NCBI GenBank assembly: GCA_951406725.2
Contig: OX597817.1
Location: 53,382,001-53,446,000, forward strand
DNA: 64,000 nt
Source of the DNA: Octopus vulgaris
Taxonomy: Eukaryota
Reading direction: 5' to 3'
Shown here: one piece after another, positions 11,621 to 24,800 of the stretch
Position numbering within the stretch: the stretch's first letter is position 1
How the letters are laid out: the number at the start of each line of letters is the position of its first letter
The notes under the pieces: model-generated
Told to the model about the DNA's origin: nothing
The model's database searches: none
What the model saw: the letters and a program-made list of their open reading frames with translations, nothing else
Made by a program: the position numbers and the translations under genes

Positions 11621-12261
11621 CACTGAAATTCTACTCCATTTATTGGTTGCAGTAAATCGGTCTAGGTTGCTACTAGTGGATCTTAACTGATACTAAACTA
11701 CATTTTTAATGTTAACACTAACTTAGCTATTGCTTTTCATGCAGATGGCATCTGTGAGTAATTAACTTCAGATATTTTGTTTTTTTTAAATGTGCTAGTC
11801 CCTCTGCATAGCATCTTGAGTGAGTGTATTTTTTGGTATAACCCTAGAGTGATCATTGCCTTGTGAAAGTATCTGATTGATGGAAATTGAAAGAAACCTG
11901 CTGTGTGTGTGTGAATGTTTTCAAAGTACAGTGAGCAATAGCTACCAAACAGGACACCTCCATTTGTGGCTGGACTGCAATTGGTGACACTTGTTGACAT
12001 TTCTTGTCAACAAATCATTCACTATAGCTGTGCTTTTGAATTCCTCTGGAATAGGCAATCTTTTACTTGAAAAATAGTCATGAGGTGGTGATAGGAAGAG
12101 CATCTGACCATAAATATACTGCCTCATTTGCCTCCTGTCTAAATCCTGCTAGTATCGAAAAACATGTTAAATGCAACAGATGAATTAAATTTTTAACACC
12201 TACTCGTATACAATACTGTACATCAATTTGATGGTTCTATCACTGCTTTGAGGAAGCATAT

Positions 12262-12304
12262 ACTTTGCTGAGGATGTCTAAGAAGACTGAAATATGTTCG
12301 GGGT
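12262..12304 (+). ncRNA. Minimal type-I hammerhead motif
   Basis: actttg-ctgagga-t gtct aaga agac t-gaaa-tatg-tt-cggggt; stem I pairs with G-U wobbles. Confidence 0.5.
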
Positions 12305-13834
12305 TATCTCCCTTGTTTGCTGAAATGATAAATGTAATATTCCTCAAGTTGTCTTTTGTCAGCCTATTATTTTTTAAAGTAGTTTTTTCCTTTCTTTTTT
12401 CTTTGGTCTCTCCGGAAGGCAGCCCCCTCAATATACTGTCTATTGTCTCCAAAAGCCTAACCACATGATTCAAGTGGTACATTAGGAAACAACAAAAATT
12501 ATTTAATAAAGACTGGATAACAATAGTTAAGAATGAGTCACACAAACCAATGGGAGAGCTTTTATGCAGTCACTCTATTTGCTAGAAACAGCAATAAAAA
12601 ACCACATTATTCTCATCTGTCTTTCTGAAGGCTGGCGAAGGCTGTGATTGTTCCTTTTCCCAGATCATGGGTGATTTGAAAGTAGTAGCTGGAGAAATAT
12701 CAGTATGGGATCAGCAGTTGGGTGTGTGTGTGTGTGTGTGTGTGTTATTGTATATGTGTGTATACCACATACACACATACGTGTATTGAAAATAATGCTC
12801 CAGAATGGCTGTATTTGTGGCTACAACAGACTTAAAAGTAAACTTTGAGCAGATAGCCGACCAGTGCCTGTACAGAACATGGACATTAAATGATGGGATG
12901 ATATGTAATTGTACATAAACGCATACATATTCATGTATGTGTGTTGGAACTCATTGGGGCAAATTTTCTTTGGTCAGGTGCCCTTCCTGCTGCTAACATT
13001 CACTTGTTTCCATGGTGAATAACATGGCTAGTGTGGAGGTGACATATATTTGCAACTATCATGCAATGTCAATAAGTTGGCACAAATGCATGCATGCACA
13101 CACATACACACACGGGTTTCTTTCAGTTTCATTCTACCAATTCCATGTACATTGTTTTTTTCTGCCTGTTTTGCTCACTCTATTAGAAATGGCTATCAGA
13201 TCTCTTAAATCACAACCTATAATCTTTAAAAAACCCCAAAAAAAACGATGTATTGGATAATGTTGGCTCTGAAAAATAAAAAGATGAAATGGTCATGTCT
13301 GGGAAGCCTTTGATCACAGGCCAACAACAACATCACATTGTTTGATAGATGCACATGAGTATAATGTCATTTATATATATATATATATATATATATACAG
13401 CTGATAGAAACATATGCAGCTGTACTGCTCTCCTCTCCTCTCACTCCCCATCCCCACACAGTCGCTCATATTGTTCTATTTATTCACAACTTCCTCTATG
13501 CACAATATATTTGTATCACTGTCTCTCTCTTTCTCACTGTATCTTTTTGTTGTCTCTTTCTTCACTCCTCCATTTCTCATCACTTACATGAGTATACAAA
13601 GTGGGCCAAAATTCCATGCGCCAAAATATTTGACATTTTATTTATATTATATTATTATTGTTATTATTCATTTCGTTCACCATGTACAAGTGTGTATTCA
13701 GCATTATTTTATTCAATTTTATAAAAATTGAAATTTGACTTGTGTGTCTGTGTCTATATATATTTATATATTCATGTCAGTAGTCCCACCTTTGCCAGCA
13801 TGGAAGGAGGATGTTAAACGATAATGATAATGAT

Positions 13835-13876
13835 ATATACCTGACGATTGTGCAACGCATGAAAGTACTAGCTATA
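13835..13876 (+). ncRNA. Minimal type-I hammerhead motif followed by AATAAA
   Basis: atatac-ctgacga-t tgtg caa cgca t-gaaa-gtac-ta-gctata; palindromic stem III AGTACT. Confidence 0.6.
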
Positions 13877-14255
13877 CTTCAATATTGTAAAATTGTAAAA
13901 ATTGGAAATAATAAAACATTAAAATCAGACTAGGCTGGAATTTCATTGATTAATAGATTCTTCAATACAATCATACAAACTCTGATATTTATATCTGTCT
14001 GTCTGTCTAACAAAGAAACAAACATAGTTGAGGAAACTTTTTTTCGTATAGTTTTTCTATCGTGCAAGTTAATTAACTGCACTCATTAGTGCTGGTGTCA
14101 TGTGAAAAGTACCCAGAACACACTGTAAAGTGGTTCGCCTTAGAAACCATCCTGAAATGAACTTTAAAACTTGACACAGTTCTGTGGGTCACTGGGTCTT
14201 ATAAAACCATCTAACCCACGCTAGCATGGAAAATAAATGTTTATATATATGTCTT

Positions 14256-14314
<59 letters not shown>

Positions 14315-14550
14315 GTAAACTACAAGGGTCTAGGTGTAGGAAGTTAGTAACTTTCAAGCTGCCCATGGTAGGTATAAAAAAAAAAAAATACCCGGAACAG
14401 TAATATTTTATTGGCATAGAAGGTTGTAGGCTTTTCTTCGGCTTGATAAATAGCTAGTGGAGTACCCCTTATTGAGTACTTATTTCTTGAGATTCTGCTA
14501 GCTAGGAAACATGTAACCTGAATTTTACCTATTCCATTCCCTCAATTTGG

Positions 14551-14609
<59 letters not shown>

Positions 14610-16010
14610 TATATATACAGAAACATGAATTTCCCACATAACTTCTGTAAAGCTTTCCCAGCAAATTTGCTTGCACCTCTTACCTGAGCCATGAAAACTC
14701 CACACTCTGTTCGGGCACATCACACAAATTATGTTGACATACAATATATGTAGCTACAGACATTGCTATTATGCTGATACTATTGTTGTTTTTAGTTGGT
14801 TAGTCAAAAGCTGGTTGTTTTGTGTTGGTGTTGCTTGTATTGATTTTGGTGATGGGAGGGGTGTTATTGGTAGTGGCAATACTGTTCTTGTTTAGTTTCG
14901 AGTCAATCTTCACTAACCTAAAATCAAAGTAATCTCATTAACATTTAAAGTACTCTAGGATGCCACATTATCTCCTGCAATTGTCATGCAATTATCTCAT
15001 GCAATTTAGAAGGAATTGTTTACCTCAATACTATTGTGACTGTTGTTGGTCATTAAGGAGTTGGCAGTTTGGTTAAATAATGGTTCAGGTGCTAATAGTA
15101 GTTATGTTCGTGTTGATGGACAATGGTGGTGCTGTAAGGTTGAGATATATACTTATTGTGATCCAAGTATACTTACACAAGCACACGTACACAAATATTC
15201 AGAGAAAAATTACGCTTAACTGTAAGTTTATAGTGATGCATACTCAAACATTTACACACAGGGACACACATCACACTCATTGACACAGGCGAACACACAA
15301 CCCACATTTGCATAAATACTAGGTGTGTACACACAGACATGCAATAAGACAGGCATACAGACACGCACGCACACAGGCATGCACACACACTCACACACAG
15401 GCATATACACTTACATACAGACACACACCGACACAGTGTTTTACTGCTACCATAACAACTACTGCTGTTTCATATATAAGTGTAAGTTTGGAAGCTGAGT
15501 CAAGGAAGAGGAGTTCCATCTAGATGAAATGTCCAATGGCTAAAAGGTGTCAGCGGAAGGACACCCAGGAGCTATGATCTGGATGCAACCCAGCCCTCTG
15601 TCAGTATAAGAAGTTAAGGCCTGAAATACTTGCCGTCGATTTCGATTTATGAGGCTCTGACAGTGTACTCTTTCTTTGTCTACCATAATGCTTATGTTTA
15701 ATGTTACATTTAAATCCTGCCAACAATTTGCAAAGAAGGCCACAGACGTTGCAAGCTTGAGGATTACAGGTCAGTGCAGATGGTATATCTGCAGCCACTT
15801 CTCTCCATTGCCTTGCACCCTGAGTTGCAACAAATATTTTTATATCATTTTACAATTTTAGTATCATTTTCCATTTTGTTCGTTCCAAGGCTGTTTGCTG
15901 AAAGGTGATATGAGCTATCTTCATCTCTAAGAGGTTACTCTTTAGCTTGTCCTTATATCTGAGTCATGGTTGACCAACATTCCTGTATCCACTCTCAAGC
16001 TATATATATA

Positions 16011-16399
16011 TCTATATATAAAGCTGAAGTTGTTTGTGTATGGCAGGTTTGGTAGCCTTCAACTAACACTATCTCCTCCGAGACCCTGCGGCACAAGTTG
16101 ACCAAAATTGAGAGTATGATAGAAAAAGGCTTGCTCTTCCTTCTGTAGAATAAGAAATTCAAATTGGACCATGTTAACACCAAAAATTATTTACATCAAA
16201 AAAGTGCTTTTTTTTCTATGAAAATCCCTATTTTTCACGATTTTTTTACTGCTGTGTCGCCATTTTACAATGTATTTCAACCAGAAAAATGTTCACTTAA
16301 AGAGAATAACAAGCTACATGAGGCAAAATTTTTACTTTTCAAAAATTCCAATTCGAAAGGGTCGAAACAAACCAGAGCAACGCCAGGCGATACTGCTAG
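16011..16399 (+). mobile_element. Non-autonomous Helitron
   Basis: Starts A|TCtatatataaa; ends with GC-rich cc.gagcaacgcc.gg hairpin then CTAG|T; same 3' end as 61949-62319. Confidence 0.8.
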
Positions 16400-16432
<33 letters not shown>

Positions 16433-18047
16433 TTGTATATGACACATACACATATTATGTCACATAAAAAGAGAGAACACGAATGGGTTTAATAATTATG
16501 ACAGCTGTTTCGGTGGAATTTTATATGTAATATACACAGATACTTATCTATGCCCATACACACACTCTATCCTCTGTCTCTGTTATAAAACTCCTCTTAT
16601 CAACTTTCACATGTTTATAAATCTTGACCAATACATCCTCACACACACACACATGTGCGCTCACTTGCCTCCCTCTCTCTCACTCTCTCCTATTTTATTG
16701 TGTGTCTGTCTATATGGACAATCCCCTTTACACTTGATTGTAAATACATACCATACAAGCACATGTACACACACACACCCACACGCACATTTGTGCTTAT
16801 GCACACACACACATACATGCATGTGTTATGATAGTTCTGGTGCTTGTGGAGCGGGGTTACATTTCATGATGGTTTTGGTTGCTGTAGCGGTGGTGATACT
16901 CTTAGTGATGGTGGTGGTGGTGGTTGTAGTGCTGTTGGCGGTGGTTGTACTTTTAGCAATGGTTGCAAGTTCCGTTAATTCCAGGTCAACTCTGTTTGAG
17001 CAGATCTGCGATCGTAGGCACTCCAGCCATGACATCATGTCTTTTTGTACATTGGGACATATTGGGGGCAACATTCATTTATCTATCTTTTCGTTCTTAA
17101 GATTGTAGCATGTGATTTGTGGAGGTTTAGCTGCTATTTCTAGTAAGCTAAGCAACCACTAGAGGCCTCAGTTGTTTTCAATGAGGTTGGCGGAGGAAGC
17201 GGTTGTAGTAGTGGTGATCATAGATGTTGTAGTTGCAGTAGTTGTGCTTATTGAGAGAGAGGGGGAGGGAGGGAGAGAGGATGTAACTACTACTATTCTT
17301 CTTTCCACCACATCTTACCACTCCCCCCTCTCCTCCTCCTCCCCTTAACACAATTACTCATGTCATATTAGTCACATAAACAGTAGCCCTACCTCTCTGT
17401 CTCTCTCCATCTGTCTCTCTCTCTCTCTCTGATATTGCTGCAGTAAGGTGGGGGGAGGTGGTGATGAAAGCAAGAGGTGGAAGAAGGGTGCAGTACAGTT
17501 AAGCATCATTCCCTCTTCCCATCACTCTTATATTCCCCCTCCTTCGCTGTCTCTCTCTCTCCTTTTTTTTTTATAAATATTCCTTGAGGTTCTACCATTT
17601 AATTGTGACTGTGGAACAGCAGTAACTGAGAATAAGACTGAGAGAGGAAGATAGATTGCCATGATGTTATTTAACCCTAGGCCATCTCTTATTGAGTCAG
17701 CCTACAAGATGAAAGGCATTCCAATTGTGACCATCTCATCTTTTTTATATGTTTAGGAAACCCAAGACTATATTATTGAACACCCTTTTTGTACGATGGT
17801 TGGGGTGAAGTCTGAGGAAGATTTGGCTGTTGTTTCTGTCAGTTTGTATGACCACGTGATGACCACTTGTAGCTGCTGTTTACTCGAATGTTCAGACCTC
17901 ATGTTCAAAGGTTATCCAGCAATGACCATCCCATTTTCTCCAAGTGTGGAACTCCATTATTTACATAGCATGTACTTAAGACAGCACATGTTTTGAGAGA
18001 GAGATTCAGCTGCTATTTCTAGCTGTTAAAATACCCATTTAGAGACA

Positions 18048-18435
18048 CATGGCTGTGTGGTAAGAAGCTTGCTTCCCAACCACATGGTCTTGGGTTCAGT
18101 CCCACCGCATGGGACCTTTGGCCAATATCTTCTACTATAGCCTTCGGCTGTCCAAAGCCTTGTGATTGGACTTGGTAGATGGAGACTGAAAGAAGCCTGC
18201 CATATATATATTTGTGTGTGTATTGGTGTATGTGTCTGTGTTTGTCCCCCCAAAATCGCCTTACGACCAATATTGGTGTGTTTATATCCCTGTAACTTAG
18301 CAGTTCGCCAAAGACACCGATAGAATAAGTTGTAGGTTTACAAAGAATAAGTCCTGTGGTTGATTTATTCGACTAAAGGCAGTGCTCCAGCATGGCCACA
18401 GTCAAATGACTGAAACAAGTTAAAGAATAAAAGAA
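18048..18435 (+). mobile_element. SINE family A, full length
   Basis: Complete head, CORE-like segment and tail. Confidence 0.85.
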
Positions 18436-18794
18436 AAACTCAGGACAGTAGATTGGTAGAACTGGTTGTGGGTCAGCTGGGACGGTTTACTGTATCCTTT
18501 TTGGTTCTTTGTATTCTGACACAACCCCTGCAATGACACGAGTGCTGAATTATACCAGCCCAAGTTGGTGGGTTTTCTCTGAGATAAATCCTGGTGGAAT
18601 GGAGAAAAGAGAATTTTTATGCTTGGTCAACTGTTAGTGTTGCATGCAGGTTTGGTATTTTGAGCAAGACTGGTAACTGATAGTCTTCTATATGATCAAC
18701 TTTGACTAACAACCCCTTTTCTTTTTGTTCATGTTTGTATGTGTGTGTACACGTCTGTATGTGTGTATGTTTAGATGTGTGTACATGTGTGTAT

Positions 18795-19172
18795 CACCAT
18801 CATCATCATTGTTTAACGTCCGCTTTCCATGCTAGCATGGGTTGGACGATTCTGATTGAGGGCTGGCGAACCAGATGGCTGCACCAGGCTCCAATCTTGA
18901 TTTGGCAGAGTTTCTACAACTGGATGCCCTTCCTAACGCCAACCACTCCGAGAGTGTAGTGGGTGCTTTTTACATGCCACCGGCACGAGGGCCAGTCAGG
19001 CAGTACTGGCAATGACCTCGCTCGAATCTTTACACATGCCACCAGCACAGGTGCCAGTAAGGCGATGTTGGTAACGATCATGCTCAAATGGTGCCCTTTT
19101 ACGTGCCACCTGCATGGAAGCCAGTTGGCTGCTCTGGCAACGATCATGCTCGGATGGTGCTCTTGACACCCT
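18795..19172 (-). mobile_element. SINE family B with multiple 5' modules
   Basis: Reverse-complemented family B consensus. Confidence 0.85.
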
Positions 19173-19944
19173 ACTATGTATATGTAATTCTATAGCTTGT
19201 TTCAGCCATGAAGGCTAAGGCCACACTGGTGCATGACCTTAGCCTTTATGCTTAAGACAAACTGTCGATTATATAATTATATATAAATATACTCTTTATG
19301 TGTGTGTAAATATACAGTTATGTGTTCCTCCACACATGCATATACATAAGTGTATATATGTATATGTTGTGTAGGGTGCATAATATATATATGTGTATAA
19401 TTACACACACAAACATGTATTCACAAGCCTCAGTCCTTTGATGTGTGTGTATGTGTTTGTGTGTGTGTGTGTGCGTTTGTTATCCCTCATCCTCCCCCAC
19501 TCTCGGCTGACATTTCCGGAAATGAATGCAATCTGAAGTGTCAACAAAATACCTCCTTTGTTAAAATGACAGGGTCTTTACCTCTGCCTTCTTCCTTCTC
19601 TCTCCTTCCACATCTCTCTTCCCTTTTCGCCTCTTTCTCTTCATCTCAATTTTGATATAATATTTGCCTGTTCCTTTCCCCTTTGAATTACCATAAACAT
19701 GATGAGGAGGAGGGGTGGTGATGGTGGTGGCAATAATGATGGTTGTAGTGATTTTAGCAGTGATGGTGTTGGTGGTGGTTGTAATTGTGATGTGACAAAA
19801 GAGAGAGAAATGTTGACACTGTAGTTAGTCTGAATGATGTAACGAAGGTTTTGGTTGGGGGTCCGGTGCTCCCATTTATTGATTTTGCTCACCCCTACAA
19901 CATCTCTTCCGTTATTGATCAGTGAGGCTACGTGTAATAAGATA

Positions 19945-20390
19945 TTGGTTTCACATCTTGGCACAAGGCCAGCAAGTTAGGGGGAGGGGAAAAGTCAATT
20001 ACATGCCCCCTCCCCTATGCTCAACTGGTATTTATTTCATTGACCCCCAAATGGATGGAAGGCAAAGTTGACCCCACTGGTACCTAAACTCACAATATAA
20101 AATTGGAAGAAATGCTGCTAAGCATTTTTTTCTGGAGTGGTAATGATTCTGCCAGCTTGCGGCCCTAAAGATAATATTGGTTTCAAATTTTGGCCCAAGG
20201 GTAGGAATTTGGGGGGAGGGTGCAGGTTAATTACATTGACCCCTAGTGCTCAACTAGTGCTTATTTTATTGACCCAGAAAAGAAGGAACGCAAAGTCGAC
20301 CCCAGTGGCATTTGGACTCAGAACAAAGTCAAAAGAAATGTTGTTAAGCATTTTTTCCAGCATGCTAACAATTCTTCCATCTTGCTGCCC
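19945..20390 (-). mobile_element. Two tandem SINE family C copies
   Basis: ggtttca..t(t/c)tggc.caagg...ggcaaagt(t/c)gacc...taagcattt occurs twice. Confidence 0.7.
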
Positions 20391-20557
20391 TAAAGATAAC
20401 ATTAAAAGAAAGGTACATATCTGGTGGTACCCCAGCATGGCCATAGCCTCAATGCTGAAACATACAATAGAATAAAAGAATCTAGCGGGGAGGGTGCTGA
20501 AATGCGTTGTTGATTTCAACAGACCCTGTCACTTCCCTTTCCTTATTTTATTGTCCC

Positions 20558-21068
20558 TCATCATCATCATCATCATTGTCGTTTAACATTTGCTTTCCAT
20601 GCTGGCATGGGTCGGATGGTTTGACTGAGGGCTGGCAAGCTAGAAGGCTGCACCGTCTCCAATCCGATCAGGCAGAGTTTCTACAGCTGGATGCCCTTCC
20701 TAACGCCAACCACTCTGAGAGTGTAGTGGGTGCTCTTACATGCCACCGGCAAGTCAAGCAAATCGACCCCAGGACTTATTCTATTGATCTCTTTTGCTGA
20801 ACCGCTAAGTTATGGTGACGTAAACACACCAGCATCGGTTCTCAAGCGATGTTGGGGGGACAAACACAGACACACACACACACACATACACACACACATA
20901 TATATGTATACGACGGGCTTCTTTCTGTTTCCGTCTACCAAATTCACTCACAAGGCTTTGGTTGGCCCGAGGCTATAATAGAAGACACTTGCCTGAGGTG
21001 CCACGCAGTGGGACTGAACCCAGAACTACGTGGTTGGTAAGCAAGCTATTTACCACACAGCCACTCCT
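20558..21068 (-). mobile_element. SINE family A head and body (20752-21068) joined to a family B tail (20558-20750)
   Basis: Both on the minus strand and directly abutting near 20750. Confidence 0.75.
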
Positions 21069-21551
21069 ACACCTATATATGTATATTTACATTCCCATAA
21101 CTTAGTGGTTTGGCAAAAGAGATTGATAGATTAAGTAGTAGGCTTAAAAAGAAAGTATTGGGGTTGATTCACCTGACTAAAAATTTTTCAAGACAATGCC
21201 CCAGCATGGTCGCGGTCTAATGACTGAAACAAGTAAACGGTATGTCTGTGTGTGTGTGGTTTGTTAATATGGTAGACTTACCAATTATCCTTTATTAGTA
21301 TACAACTTTCACTTTTATTCAAATCCCAGGAGTTTGTGTGTGTGTGTTGGCTAATTCAATGGCCTCTAGAATCCTCTGTGACTGTGTTATGGCTGTGTCA
21401 TTTCCTAACCTGGTGCACTCCTAGACTCCTAGCAGTCGGCTTTCCCTTCATTCAAATGCTGTCGCTTGACTATGTAACAATGTGACCATGTTATTTGTGT
21501 GTGTGTGTGTGTGGGGGGACTGTAGCACATGCTCTTTCACACACACACACA

Positions 21552-21958
21552 CTCTCTCTCTCCCATGCAACTCTCTCTCTTCCATGCAACTCTCTCCCCC
21601 ACGCAACTCTCTCTCTTTCTCTCCTATGCAACTCTCTCTCTCTCTCTCTCTCCCCATGCAACTCTCTCTCTCTCTCTCCCATGTAACTCTCTGTCTTTCT
21701 CCCCCCCCAAGCAACTCTCTCTGTCTCTCTCTCCCCTTGCAACTCTCTCTCCCCCTTGCAACTCTCTCTCTTTCTCTCCTATGCAACTCTCTCACTCTCT
21801 CTCTCTCTCCCTCCCTCCCATGCAACTCTCTCTGTCTCTCTCTCTCCCATGCAACTCTCTCTGTCTCTCTCTCTCCCATGCAACTCTCTTTCTGTCTGCC
21901 TCCCATGCAACTCTCTCTCTCATGCAACTCTCTCCCCATGCAACTCTCTCTCTCTCTA
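21552..21958. repeat. Compound tandem repeat: catgcaa + (ct)n units
   Basis: Roughly 15-17 atgcaactctctc units of variable length. Confidence 0.9.
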
Positions 21959-22874
21959 CATAATCAGTTCATTTTAAGTGTTCTCATCACATTCAAGTTG
22001 TACTTTTCTGTTATGAAATAAATTATTCTATCCTGAATACCATTTCACCATCATCATCATCACAACTCACCTTCTCTAACATCACCTATATACCACCACC
22101 ACAATGCTCCAAACACCATCGCTACCACCCATCTTATCTCGCTTTGTCTACACCATCACTGTGCTATCATTCTCTCATCATCACCATTACTGCTACTACC
22201 CATACCACCTTATCTCATTGTCTGCATCCTCACAACACCACCCTCACCCTCACAACCATTATCATACTTTCATCATCACCGCCAAAGGCTACCACCACCA
22301 TCACCACACCATTCTTCTGCCACCACCACTACCATAACCACACCTATTATATCAGCATTGTCTTATTTTTACCATTTAAAAATAAGATCTTGTGTTGTGA
22401 TTGTAATGTGAGAGATTCAATGTTTTCCGATTTGTTGTTGTTGATGCTTCTGCTGTTGTTGTTGTTGTCGTTGAGATAGAGATCCATCATCGGTATTGTT
22501 GAACAGTCTCTAAATTACCCAATTGTTAATGAAAGTCTTAATTGTTTTCTATAAATAGCATTTAATTTTTATTTGTAAATATTCAGTAGCAGCAGTAGCA
22601 GTAGTAGGGGATTGTTAGTGAGGTTGGTTGCCTCTGTTGTGATGTCTCCTGTCTACCTTTTCTCCCTTCAACCCCCCCCCACCCCCCCGAACAGATTTGA
22701 TATTACCATTTACTTATATTACTCATTTGACTATGGCCATACTGGAGCTCCACCTTGGAGAATTTTCATCGAATAAATTGCCTCCAGTATCCCAGTACTT
22801 TTTTTTATTAATTTTAAATCTGGTAATTTATTCTACTCGTCTCTTGATGAACTACCAAGTTATGGGGATGTAAA

Positions 22875-23161
22875 TATGGCCTAGTGGTTAGAGTAGCGGA
22901 CTCGCGATTGAGGGATCATGGGTTCGAATCTCAGACCGGGCGATGTGTGTGTTTATGAGCAAAACACCTAAGCTCCACGTGGCTCTGGTGGAAGGTAATG
23001 GCAAAATTCTGCTGACTCTTTCGCCACAACTTTCTCTTACTCTTTCCTCCTGCATCTTGCAGCTCACCTGCGACGGACCGGCGTCCCATCCTGGTGGGGA
23101 ACCTATACGCCAAGGAAACTGGGAAACTGGCCCTTATGAGCCAGGCATGGCTCGAGAAACC
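22875..23161 (+). mobile_element. SINE family D (tRNA head, V-domain-like), inserted in a family A copy with a 10-bp TSD
   Basis: tggcctagtggttagag A box, gggttcgaatctc B box, ctgcgacggaccggcgtcccatcc V-like motif; TSD gggatgtaaa at 22865-22874 and 23162-23171. Confidence 0.8.
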
Positions 23162-23329
23162 GGGATGTAAACACACCAACACTGTTGTCAAGCAGTGGTG
23201 GGGGACAAACAAGACACACACACACACATAGATACATACGTATTGGCAGCAGCAACTTTATCTCAAAATCCACGTATTTTTTTTCTTCTTTACTGAATGC
23301 TTCCTTTACGGTGATATCATCGATGTCTC

Positions 23330-23845
23330 TCTCGACCAATTCTTGCATAGAAGAGTTAATGGCATTGATTGTACAGCAATGTTGGTGAAGGACGAGGTGA
23401 TTTCATTGAGCCCTTCTCTCCTCTCGTTTGATTTCTTCCTTTTCTCTTGTGGCAGCTTCAAATTTTTTAGTTCCAATGGTGACGGAACACCTCCACTTGC
23501 TATGGTCTCAAACTTGGGTTTCAAACAGTTTCCTGACGTGAGCTCACTGAATAAGAAGACTTGGCCTGGGAACCTTGACTCTTCAATTCTTGCTACATGT
23601 CCTGACCATTGAAGGCAGTGTTTCATGATCAGCGATTTGATACTTTGCCTGTTGGCTCCCTCCAGGACCTTGTTGTTGGTCATATACTGTTCCCATTCGA
23701 TGCTCAAGATCAAATGAAGCTTTTTGTTTGTGAAAGCATTCTAAGTTTTGGATGTTGCAACAATATAGAGTCCAGGTTCTACAGCCATATAGCAAAGTTG
23801 AAATGACAACAGCATTATAAACTATAATTTTTGTTAAGATCTTTG
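23330..23845 (-). pseudogene. RTE-clade LINE ORF C-terminal fragment (frameshifted)
   Basis: Minus-strand peptides KIIVYNAVVISTLLYGCRTWTLY and IMKHCLQWSGHVARIEESRFP..FSEL, typical of the region after the RT domain. Confidence 0.8.
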
Positions 23846-23888
23846 TTGTTGAAGGCTGGTTTGGTTTGGTGTGTATATATATAAATAA

Positions 23889-23926
<38 letters not shown>

Positions 23927-23975
23927 GAAGAAATTGGAGTCAGGAAGAGGGAATATGGTTGGACATTTGTTTATT

Positions 23976-24082
23976 ATTTGCTACATTTGTTTCGACACGA
24001 GGTAGTTCTTCAAGAATACAGGTATTTGATTATGCAAATGTTAATCTGCACAATGAGATCTAGTTGTGTCTCCTCAGGTGAT
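23976..24082 (-). ncRNA. Hammerhead motif with a ~65-nt stem II loop, followed by AATAAA (Penelope pLTR-like)
   Basis: Minus strand: atcac-ctgagga-gacac(65 nt)gtgtc-gaaa-caaatg-ta-gcaaataataaac; stem I is degraded. Confidence 0.55.
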
Positions 24083-24769
24083 ATACAAATTTAGGGTTTG
24101 AAGTATATAATAATCCTACCTATACTACTGGGTTATTTTGAAGGTGGGCAAACTCTATACTGTACTCTAACATTATTTACATTATTTACATTTGTGTAAA
24201 TAATGTACATAATTCCTCATCTCTTAAATGTAGAACTGTGTACTCACATGATCATTATATCTCTGGTGTCAATTAAATTTGTTTTACTCTTTGGAAATCC
24301 ATCATTCTCTTTTTGGCCTTGTAGTAATCTCATGTTCTCCTCCTCCTTCTCCTCATTGCCATCATCAGTAGCAACCAGTTCTCAAACATTTCTGCTACTT
24401 GACCTCCCATGTAAGAATGGTGACTATTTTCCCTCTTTTCACGTTTCTAGACTGCTGCTGATGGCGAGAGATTAAAAATATAAAGGAGGAATGTAATATT
24501 TTTAGATTCCATACATACGCTCATTCTCTCCCTATCTCTCCTCACTGCCTCACTCATGGATGGTGGTGGTGGTGATGGTGGGAGTAGAACAAAAGAGAAA
24601 CCCCATAGAAACGATGTCTGTTGTTTTTATTTCTATGAACAATGATAGGAAGAGATATGTTGTCATCTAGTGGTGTTGTTTTACTGTAATTCAGTAAAAC
24701 AATTGTCTTGTCAGTCTTTCTGACAAGTTGTGAAAGTTTCAAGATAGCTGCTCCAGCTGGCCCAACAGA

Positions 24770-24800
<31 letters not shown>

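Noticed and set aside
12650-12725. Possible small exon (ttccttttcccag|atcatgggt...ttgg|gtgtgt)
   Set aside because: The acceptor is plausible, but the donor is weak and the peptide is not recognisable; needs RNA-seq.
15595-15665. ctgtcaga...cgaaatcgac on the minus strand as a hammerhead
   Set aside because: The core and the A15.1-U16.1 pair are not satisfied.
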